In this document: piece after piece, positions 49,444 through 64,000 of the stretch
Numbering within the stretch: the stretch's first letter is position 1
Layout of the letters: each line of letters begins with the position of its first letter
Assembly (NCBI GenBank): GCA_012295275.1
Contig: CM022668.1
Span: 4,588,001 to 4,652,000 of the forward strand
Length of the DNA: 64,000 nucleotides
Source: Chrysomallon squamiferum
Lineage: Eukaryota; Animalia; Mollusca
Direction: 5' to 3'
The notes under the pieces: model-generated
Databases searched by the model: none
The model's input: the letters and a program-made list of their open reading frames with translations, nothing else
What the model was told of the DNA's origin: nothing
Position numbers and translations under genes: made by a program

Positions 49444-50797
49444 ACTTTCTACTATCAAAGTTACGTTACAAGAAAAATTGGTATATGATTTTTTTTCTCT
49501 CCTAAAGCTTGAAATTAATTAACAGTCAATATTTTCAATAAAGGTCAGTTGATGTGCCTCATACAAATTATTTTGTTAATATCATACGGAATTAACTTAA
49601 AAAATTAAATAAAAATTGTATCATCATCTTATCAACATAAAGTCGTCAAATTAATGTGCAAGTTGAACCACGGAAATCGAATTCTCATCATTTTTAACAT
49701 TTTCAAATTATTTGATTTGAAGACGACCAAAAATTATAAACGTAGGCAATAACGTATAATTTCAGGATGAGATTTTTCGAATTTAGTGGAAATTTTCGAG
49801 TTTGGTAATCGTAAAAAGATTGACTTGAAGCAGAATCGAAAGTAATTAAATACTTCCGTAGCCATGATTATTTCTTTGATTTATTCTCCTCTCTACAATT
49901 CAGCGCACCAACATTTTGTTGCTTTATCTGAAATTTAAATTTAGTATTTTCATTTTACTTAAAATGGAGTATATTCTAATTTTTTGCATAGAAAAAGAAA
50001 GAAAGAAGTGTGCTGATATTAGTGAAATTAATTTTTTACATTGAACGTGATAATAAATACAATTTATAAATATTATCACCATTACACTTCTTTGTGATAA
50101 TTTGATTTTGTTTCTTTTATTATAATTTTTCTTATTAAAAATTCATTGTTATTATGTAAGATAGAGATAGAAGAAAAAACTTTACAATAATTAAAGGAAC
50201 AAAATACATGGCAATTAGTGAAACAATTTTACATACTCGTTGTTACGTGATACGGTAATAACACAGTCGTAATAAACAATTATGTTTAATCATAAATTAA
50301 AATCGTTTTAGTTTTTATAAGGCTAATTAAAATCTGACAAATATTTTATCAAAAGCTTTATATGATTGCAAATAAGAACTATTACAGTTTACGATAACTC
50401 CCAAAATATTGTTTACAGTAACACATTTCAAATGTTTCAGTATCTGTTTCCGCGTAGCTGCTAGGATTCGTTCTGACGGGTATTTCACTTTATTCAAATT
50501 ATGTATTTTTTTATTATTATTATTATTTTTTTAATAATATAAAACATATAATTGTTTGCAAAACACAATAATGAAAAATTTCTTCTTAAAATTAATTTGA
50601 CTGTTTTCTTGTTTCTACTTTTTTCTTATTTTTATTTACAAAACATTTTATTTATTTATTTATTATTATTATTTTTTTTTTTTTTTTTTTTTTTTTAATA
50701 TTTAGAACTGGTTAAGTGACTGTTTTTGCCATGATATATTTTAGGAATTTAGAATTGCAGCTTTTTTGTTTTCTGTATTTTATTGTATGTTGATATA

Positions 50798-50869
<72 letters not shown>

Positions 50870-52656
50870 TTTAGGTTGCCTGGGGCTGATTTTGGGGTTA
50901 AAGAAAATAATAAATAAAAAAGTAAAATTAATGTCCACCATTCTGATATTCTCATGGTGACTGGTCGGACTAGTAGTAATACTTCAAAACTGGCTCGTCC
51001 CATCTAAAGGGTAGCAGACTATAACAGCGTCATGTGACAAGATGTTAATGATCTGAGACAGCTTAAACTAATAAATGACTATTCTGTATCCACGAGAGAA
51101 TAATAACGCAAACAAAAATTGTATACAGCTTGTAAACAGCCCATGAACATCTGCATACTCTCTGCTGTTTAGTTTTTGTGTAATTACCCCCGTTTTCTGA
51201 CGTTAATAAGCTAAACATTGAAGAACAGTAAAAATATGAATTTATAAACATGATTATATACTATAGATTAATAAATATTATTCAGTATAATACTATACTT
51301 AATATAAAATGTAGCAGACATTTTGCTATAAATGGGCATATAATAATAAGTCCAGTGCAATAGTTTAAATCACAAATAGAAGAGGAGATTGCTGAATTTC
51401 TCTTTTATTATATATCATTTGATACAAGGAAATACTTTAAGTGAGAAGAAAAATAAACACTGTAATCGTAAAATTAACCTTCCATTTGCAGTTTTGGCTA
51501 CGCCCCTTTCAAATATACATAACATTTTACACCCACATACACAGATGAGCAAACAAACTTGCACCAGAGCATACTCACATACATACATACATACATACAT
51601 ACATGAAAATACACAGACACACGTACACAAATGTATATACGTATGAGAGTGTGTGGTGCAGGTTTGTTTCCATATCTGTGTATGTGGGTGTAATGTGTTA
51701 TGTAAACCTAGATACATGCAAACACATACACAGACATACAGGTCACCTGTCAGGTACAATATAGTTTATAGTAAATTATTGTGACAACCGAGGTTTCAGC
51801 CGGTAAAGGGTTAATCTAATTTAGCTCAGTCATACAGTCAAACAGCGAGACTGCTGTTTTCTTGTTAAGCTTTAAATTAATACCGCATATCAAAACAATT
51901 TGAAAAACTGTTTTTATCTTTGTTTTTGTGAATTTCTGTTCTCTTTATTTTAGTTCTGTTTATTTATATTGTGTTTATTTTTCCAGTGTTTTAATTTTTA
52001 TTGTATAACTTTATGTTGTATTTTTATTTTTATATTTTAATCGTATTGTATTTATCGTTGTCGTTTTCCTTACTTTTTTTTTTTTTTTTTTTTTTTTGTG
52101 TTTTAATTTGTGTGGTTCTTATTCTTATGTTGTCTCAGTTTTCATAGTATTTATCCATGTTTTTTTTAATTACATTATGTAAATGTATGTGTACGTGTAT
52201 TTAAAATATAAATATATACTTTAACCAGATTGCGATCAAAATGACACCTATTTTATATTGACAAACTTTTTTTTTTTTTTTTTTTTTTTATCTGACTACT
52301 CCTAGGTAGTAACACAGGTCACTAACGTACAGGTATACAGTGAAATTTGATATTACACTACATAAAGCATGAATGACTTCACGATAGTGTCTGGCTTTGT
52401 ATGCCACTTAAACTTGATAAAGAAAACAAAATAACAGATTTGCATTCTGTATGTGCATTATATATATATATTAAGAAAACAACGATAGAAATATTTAGTG
52501 TTAGTTCTCAAATATTCATAGATTTTTAACAGAAATTTAAATTCTTCATATTCAAACACGTTCATATCTGGGTTTTTTTTGGTTTTTTAAAGTATTATTA
52601 ATATCTTTGACATCTCTCTTTCAGTGTCTTGGACGTGTTGTTTGTATCAGAGAGCT

Positions 52657-56290
<3,634 letters not shown>

Positions 56291-56335
56291 GTAATAATAA
56301 TGATAATAATAACAATAGTAATAATCGTAATAATA

Positions 56336-56384
<49 letters not shown>

Positions 56385-56441
56385 GTTGCTATTGCTACTT
56401 TTACCACTACTGTTACTACCATTACTACTGTTACAACTATT

Positions 56442-56478
<37 letters not shown>

Positions 56479-57935
56479 GTAATAATCATAATAATATGCT
56501 ACTACTACTACTACTACTAATACTGTTGCTATTACTACCGTTAGTACTGTTACTACAATTACTAATAATAATGAATGGTAATAATTTCAATAACAACAAT
56601 AATAATAATAATCATAATGATAGTAATAATAAGTAATAATCATGATACTAATTCTAATACTAATACTACTATTAAAAGGAATAGTAGTAATATTTAGTAT
56701 TAGAGAGTGATAATATTAAGAATAATAGGAACAAAGAATAGTAATTATGATAAAAATAAATAAATAAATAGTAATAGTTGCTGTCATTGTTTGGAAAATA
56801 AAATGAAAACAGTTCATAATGTATGTTACTAGATCATTATAGAAAGTTGCAGTATAATATTAAACAGAACTGTTTTGACCTCTTTTGTTAAAGATTAAGA
56901 CCTGTTATATCAGATTTCTTAACCAGAGGAAATGTTCTCTGTCTTGCATTTGTTTATGTCATTCATAATAGATACACAGCCTGGAGACTGCTTCAGAATT
57001 ACATATAATGACTAGGTTTGTTTAAACATTTTACAAATGTTGCTATATTTGGAACAGAAAGTGAATAACAACACTTTCTCGGCACCGGTTTACAGAAATT
57101 GCTTTGAAGAAACAGATCAGTAAGTTTACTAAATACTGAGACTGTTGGTGCATCTCAGCTTTCATCCACGACACATATAAGTCATTTACACCTCATTAAA
57201 AGTGTAGAGAGGGATATTTATAAAATATTTAATCATTTTATAAATTCCTGCGTGTTTCGGTGTATTTCTGCCAGACCCTACCCCATGGAATCTCGGCAGA
57301 TTTTACACCCTTATTCATTTTCAGACTTCCCTTTGTTCAAGCAACTTGGTTGTCATTTTTTAATTTCCACCATCTGAAGTGGGTAACATGTTTGCCTGTC
57401 GGTAAACCCATTGCTTGAAACATTCATTCTAATGAAACTTTTGTGGGAACTAGGTTACTTGATCAAATGATTCAAGTCTAGCAAAGTGACTAAATTAGCT
57501 AAAGAGATATTTTTCAAGAAATGGTGGATCTGAATACTAATAGAGTTGCCCTGATTAAATTGATAAGAAAAAGAAAAAGAAAGTATTTTATGTTGACTGA
57601 AATGAAAACAAATAATAACACTGACATTTTGGATAGAAAATGTTTTTTCAATTTAGTTTCGTTGTCTTTGCTATCTAGTTCATGTTATTTTTGATGGCAG
57701 CATACAAATGGTGAATTCATAAAAGATTTTTAAGCAACATTTTTCATCATAATTCATGTGCCAACAAGAATTAATTCTTTTTTATATTTATTATTATTAT
57801 TATTTTTTTAATACTATCAAGTCTTATAAGTTGTAATACTAATATGAAAAGCCCTGCCATGTTAGTTTTTAAATGAAGGCAGGAATAACTGGGTGCAAAA
57901 GTTTACTCAAATAGAATATTTTTGATATCTGTTCC

Positions 57936-57971
<36 letters not shown>

Positions 57972-60146
57972 TTTTTAGTATTTTATCATTCTATTTCAAA
58001 TGTGTATTAGTAATCCCTTAATTCATTGTAAATTTTAGCTAATGACTTATTCCATTAATTTTTGTTTATTGATTTATTTTTAGTACTATATTTTATAATC
58101 CATTTTTTTTCTATTTCTCTCTCACTTTTTAAAATCTATTCTTCTTTTTCATTTTTAAATTTGAAGACCTTCCCAAATAAGGTAAGTCAGAGTGGAACAA
58201 AATTAACCTTTAAATCAAAACAAATACGAGGTAACAGATATTAAAAATGATAATTGAATAAATTAATATTAATGGCATTTATTTTTCTTTTAACTCCCCT
58301 ACACAACAAAAGAAAAAGAAAAGAAAAGAGAAGAAAAGTTAGCTGCAATTTGTAATATAAAATTAAAATATTTATGTGACATTTTTCAATTCTTATTTTA
58401 TGCTGTGTTTTATAAATATTTGGTTTAGAATTTTAATCTATTTAGGATATATTGTAAAGCCAGCAAAGCTTCAAATGTTCAAGTCGATAAATATGAAAAT
58501 AAACAATAAACAAAGTTAGAAAATAAAACAATCATATCACATTTTAAAATAAAATTTGTTATATACATAAAGTTTTTGTTTGTTTTTTGTGCTAAACGTT
58601 TTGCTCATTGTTTAAACTTTAATCTTTTGTAGTTACAATGATCAGCACAGGAATACACAGTGCAGTAGATGTTTTCGTCGTCTTTCTAATCTTCTTTGAA
58701 CTTTCCTTCATGAACTGCCTGTGCTGTAATTGATTATTCGACAAGATATTCAAGATTTGAAGTTCAATTCAGTTTGATCAGTTTTGAACACTTGGGATAA
58801 AAAAAAAAAACTTTAATGATAATTCACCAATTGTAATATCAATTGTAATATGTTTTTTTCGGTGACAAACTTTCAGTCAATCAGCATACTGTAAAACGTT
58901 TTAATTTTTTAACAAAGTTCTTCTTTATTTATTATTGGTATATTGTTTATAAGCAATTTCTCTTATTATTATTATCAATATTTAATCCAATTATTTTTAT
59001 GACCAGTATTAGTGCTAATATTACTGTCATTATTATTTAGTACTATTATTATTATTATTATTTTTATCATTATTATTAAAGGGTTTTATTACTAAAAAAA
59101 AAAAAAAAATCTTTATCAAAAATGATTTTGTTTACATGTATCTATTTACTTTTATCAAAAAACAGCAAGAGAAGAATTCCATCATGACAAGAATTTTATT
59201 TTATTTACATTAACACAAACCACAGATTATAAATTTACAAAACATTCTAATTTCCAGCTTTCTGATCCTAAGCAACAAGTTTTTAAAACAGGTTAATTTT
59301 ACAGGTTAGTATTATTTAGTCTTATTTTTAAAATGTCTTTGGTTTTATTTTGTTTTTATTGGTATGTTAATCACAGCAGTTAGAAGATATAACAAATAAT
59401 CTGTGATGTAGTTCGGGATATGATGTATGGTGTTTGTGTCTGGAAAATGCATTTTGGTTAAATTATACATTGTGAAATACATTCTCTACATTCTGTGTAT
59501 GTGTAACACAGAATAGGCTACTCAGACTTAAAAGACAAAGGAGGAAAATAAAGGAAGAAACAGATAAAGGAATAAGATGGTTTTGAGAGAATACACAGAA
59601 TTGGTGTATTTCATCATGTATAAAATTATTTAAAAGTTTTTGTGATGTATTGTGTATTTAATACTAATATATAAACCAAGATCTAGTGTGCAATATGTTG
59701 AAAACTATTTTTGTTTTAATAATATCTTTTATCATAATGTTTTTCTTCCAAGATTTAAAAAACTAAGTCATTATTTTACTCACATGCATTCATGCATCCA
59801 GCCCCTACACACACAGACACACACACATACACCCCCCCCCCCACACACACACACACTCTTTCTCTTTCTCTCAAAACAAAAACTGACAGATGATAGATGT
59901 ATGGACTATTTCGTTGGTATACAAGATATAAAACATAGTATGGACTGAGAGATTACAGATGGGTGAACTATTTTACTGGTTGTAAGATATAAAAATACTC
60001 TATTAAATAACTGATGTATAGATGGATGAATTGACTGTTTTGTTGATCTATAAGACGTAATGTATTATTAACTGACTGATTATTAATGTATGGATGGATG
60101 GATGGATGGACTATTTTGGTAACTGAAAAGTCAAATATTTCTCAAC

Positions 60147-62812
60147 CTGATAAGTGTACCTATATTTTGACAATTGAGTTGGGTGAAGATTTCATGTGAA
60201 CAGCTCTGCGAAGTGCCATGTTTTCTCCGATGCTTCCAACCTGCAGTGCAACCAAGTCTGCGAGTGTCTTGTCTTCAGAGTTCTTTATGTTTCCTACTTC
60301 AGCCTTTGACAAGAGTATCTACCTCAAAATAAATAATAATACAGAACAAACAAACAAACAAAGATTTCCTACTTCAGCCTTCTACAAGAACATCTACCTC
60401 AAAATAAATAATAATACAGAATAAACAAACAAACAAAGAAACAAACAACCGTTTCCTACTTCAGACTTTGACAAGAGTATCTACCTCAAAATAAATAAAT
60501 AATACAGAATAAACAAACAAACAAACATTTCCTACTTCAGCCTTCAACAAGAGTATCTACCTCAAAATTAATAAATAATACAGAACAAACAAACAAACAA
60601 AGATTTCCTACTTCAGCCTTCAACAAGAGTATCTACCTCAAAATTAATAAATAATACAGAATAAGTAAATAAATAAACAAAATCTTCCTATTTCAGACTT
60701 TGACAAGAGTATCTAGCACAAAATAAATAACAATACAGAATAAACAAATAAATAAAAAGTAAATAATGTTTTTATTTTTTTATGTATAGAAAAATAATCA
60801 AACAATATGTAAACAAAGTACAATACATATATGTTTATATACAGAATCTAAATACAAACAGAAACTACAAGAAAGAAATAAGAATATAAGAATGTAAATA
60901 TAGCAGATAAATAAAAATTATACAATAAATAAACAAAATAAAGGAGAAGTAAATGAATGAAACAAACAAATAGGTAAGTAACTGTGTGTATGTGTGCCTG
61001 TGTGTCTTTGTGTGTGTATGTGTGCCTGTGTGTGTATGTGCATGCATTTTGAGCATGGATTGACCTATGACAATAACTGATTCATGTTCAAAATATTCTT
61101 ACCTTTTTCCTGTCATCATTGATCAATTTTTTTTGACAGACGTTAACTAGTTCAACAACTAAACCACAAAGTCTGTTTCACCTGAATTAAATAAATAAAC
61201 AATAAACCACAAATAATGAAAGAATTGAGAATTGAATAAATAAATGAATACAGACTGATGGATGTGGTGATGAAAGAAAGAACAAATGATTAAATATGAC
61301 AATTACAATTAAATAAAGTGAATAAACAGCTACTATATGATAATGAATGAAAAACAATTGATTAGATATAATAATCACTGTTAAATATCTTAAGGTTATA
61401 ATTATTAAATACATGAACGTATGAATTTTAAAAGTTCCAAATTTTTGAGAAAAGACTTTTTAAAATGTATGTTTGTAATTTTTAACAAGATAACTTTGTT
61501 ACGAACTGATAGTCATAAATATGACTTTCCAAAAATTTCTAAATATTCAGTGTCTGTCTAACTGGATTATTTCATACTCCAGCAAGTGCCTAACAGATAA
61601 TTTACCAAAAAACTGTGATAGGCATTTTCCTGCATACAGGAAGGTTACTATAAAAGAAACAGTTTCTGCTAATCAACAAGAGAAGTGCATGCCACAATGA
61701 AACCATTTTCTTTGCCACCACCATCACAAATGTGCTGAGCATTTCTAAGCAAATTTTTCCTACCACACATTTAGCCTATTTCTGCCTAAATTTTGAAAGT
61801 AAAGAGTACTAAAATCAAATTAAAATTCTAATTGTTTTGAAACATACCTCAACCATGGTGGCTGACTGCTCTCTGGCAATCATACCAATTAAACCCTGAG
61901 ACATCGGACGAGTTTGAAGTTTTGTAGCTTTGTTCCAGCCTTCCTTCTGAGCCTGTTCCTTCAACCAATGCTCTGCCTGCAAAATGTGAAATTCACTGTC
62001 AAACATCTTATTTATATGTGTATAATTGATAGGTGTCTATCTGTGACACTGTTTTTTCACAATAGCAAAGTTTAGAATATTAATGTTATATTATACTTGT
62101 GTTTGTGATGTGTATTTATGTATATTTTTCTTTGTTTTATAATATTTATCTTATGCATGTGTATGTTGATAGCTGTCTGTCTCTGGGCACTTTCACAATT
62201 TTAGAATACTAATCTTATCTTATACCTGTGTATGTAACCTGTGTTGTATGAGTTTTTTGTTTATCTTTTTTTAAAGAAAATTTATCTTATCAAATACAAT
62301 GAAGATTTGTTTGATGGATGTTTGTAAGACTATAAAATAATGGGGGTTTTGTGGTTGTTGTGTTTTTTTAAATTTGAAAAGAAAATGTTCGCAACTGTAA
62401 TCAACATACATTATTTTATTACACATACTAATTTTCTAAACAATTTTCTATCATGCTCAGTGGTTCATGACAGAATTACCTCCCTTATTTTTGTTTTTTT
62501 AATAATTTTGCTTTATCTTTACTATTACAATTTATTTAGCAGTTTAATACCTTTTATAGTTTCATTCGTCAACACAGATAAGTTTGTGTGGGTCTGAATA
62601 CACAATGGCTGCAATATTAACAAAATTATTTGGCTACTGATGTAATTTGGATGAAGCATATGTACAAACTGTTTGAAATTGTTGTTAAACTGTTCAAGAG
62701 CTTTTTTACAGTTGATGAAAGGAAAACCAGTTTTCTTGTGAAGTTTGCTCTACAGGGATTTATCAACAGCAGTTGGCACTGTATGAACACTCAGCTGCAG
62801 CAATCGTAACAT
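60147..62812 (-). pseudogene. TSFM: Mitochondrial elongation factor Ts partial pseudogene; exons 62820(ATG 62812)-62669, 61976-61848, 61181-61103, 60318-60147
   Basis: DKSL*SKLHKKTGFPFINCKKALEQF; AEHWLKEQAQKEGWNKATKLQTRPMSQGLIG; (C)ETDFV; LADLVALQVGSIGENMALRRAV..KI*VH. Stops at 62750-62752 and 60160-60162, a frameshifted 79-nt exon, and no C-terminal exons found. Confidence 0.9.
60290..60750 (-). repeat. six ~75-90 bp tandem copies of the TSFM intron/exon acceptor junction
   Basis: TTCCTACTTCAGCCTT..ACAAGAGTATCTACCTCAAAAT.AATAA..TACAGAA recurs near 60291, 60366, 60454, 60529, 60605 and 60685. Confidence 0.9.
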
Positions 62813-63147
62813 CTTCAATTCTGTAAAAACTATTATCAAACAATAATAACAGTGGTAGTAATGCAGTTATTACTAACATACATACATATAATGACACACA
62901 CACAGTGACACAGATAGATTGATACAGCAAAACAGGAAATCTCATTTTTTTCACCTTCTAATTTAAATTTCCTTTTTTTATCTTTATATTTTAATATTTT
63001 AATGCATATATATCTTAAATTATATTTAAAATTTACAGAATTATATTTTAACTTAAATTTATGTTTTATACAATTGCATTCTAATTTAAATTTCTTCAGA
63101 CACATTTTAATTTAAATTTTCATTTGATTTATTCAACTTTAATTTAC

Positions 63148-63261
63148 GTATATTTCCAGCACTTTGATAACCTTCTGGATGGATGGTTCAAGTCTTCAAA
63201 TTAGATATTTGTGAACAGCATCGCTGGATAGTTTCATCTCAGGTCTGTCAAAGGAGGCCAT
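63148..63261 (-). pseudogene. STX17: degenerate STX17 exon-1 copy
   Basis: MASFDRPEMKLSSDAVHKYLI*RLEPSIQKVIKVLEIY|gtaaat; CGA>TGA at 63196-63198 and a 39-nt deletion. Confidence 0.85.
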
Positions 63262-63360
63262 TGTTTACCTCTCTGAAAAAAAAAAATTTCAAAATGAACA
63301 TATGAATTATATATTGCTGGTTTAGATCTAGGTATGTATTGATTATTAAAGTTCAATGGT

Positions 63361-63413
<53 letters not shown>

Positions 63414-64000
63414 GAAAGTGTTACTTTCTACTAACAAAGTTACGTTAGAAGAAAAATTGATAAACGATTTAATTTCCCCCCCACTTTAAAATCTTAAAAT
63501 AAATTGGCAGTCAATATTTAAAAAAAAAAAAGGTTAATGTACGTGGCTCATAAAAATTATTTTGTTAATATCATATGGAATTAATTTAAATAAATAAATT
63601 AATAAATAATATAAAAATTTATCATCATTTTCGTCAAATTAATCATTTAATGTGCAAGTTGGACCACGGACATCGAAATCTAAACATTTTTAACACTTTA
63701 CAAATCATTTAATTTGAAGACGACCAAAAATTATAAACGTACGCAATAACGTATAATTTCAGGATCAGATTATCCTAATTTAGTGGACTTTACGAGTTTG
63801 GTAATCGTAAAAGGACTGACTTGAAGCAGAAACGAAAGTACTTAAATACATCAGTAGCCATGTTTATTTCTTTGATTCAATCTCCTCTCTACAATTCAGC
63901 GCACCAAATTGTGTTGCTTTATCTCAAAATAAATTTAGTATATTCATTTTATTTAAAATGGAGTATATACCATTGTTTGAACAGAAAAAGAAAGAAAGTA

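Noticed and set aside
58620-58740. Minus-strand Cys-rich peptide KDDENIYCTVYSCADHCN resembling a Ly6/three-finger C-terminus
   Set aside because: An in-frame stop lies immediately upstream in all three units, no partner exons were found, and the last Cys is not conserved in unit A.
60290-60750. CRISPR-like repeat/spacer appearance
   Set aside because: The spacers are related AAAC/AAT runs, the repeat is a TSFM splice junction, the DNA is eukaryotic and no cas genes are present.

Overview
AT-rich, microsatellite-rich animal genomic DNA with spliceosomal introns, probably a mollusc and possibly a cephalopod (inferred from repeat content and the TRIM-like family). The ORF track is mostly microsatellite noise, so genes were assembled by hand from splice sites. 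Left to right: (1) the 3' end of an unknown gene built from tandemly duplicated 15-nt micro-exons; (2) a decayed TRIM-like B-box/coiled-coil/NHL pseudogene whose large terminal exon is inverted and amplified x4; (3) an intact 7-coding-exon syntaxin-17 gene (minus strand, 324 aa); (4) a 10-14 kb tandem segmental duplication (3 full units plus the start of a 4th). Each unit carries an STX17 promoter/exon-1 copy head-to-head with a guanylate kinase paralog, plus increasing remnants of a mitochondrial EF-Ts (TSFM) pseudogene. All three kinase paralogs keep open frames, splice sites and the phosphate/LID catalytic residues. They differ at the guanine-recognition positions (72/83/103: A=E/T/A, B=Q/K/E, C=Q/T/A), which suggests a natural change of nucleotide specificity.
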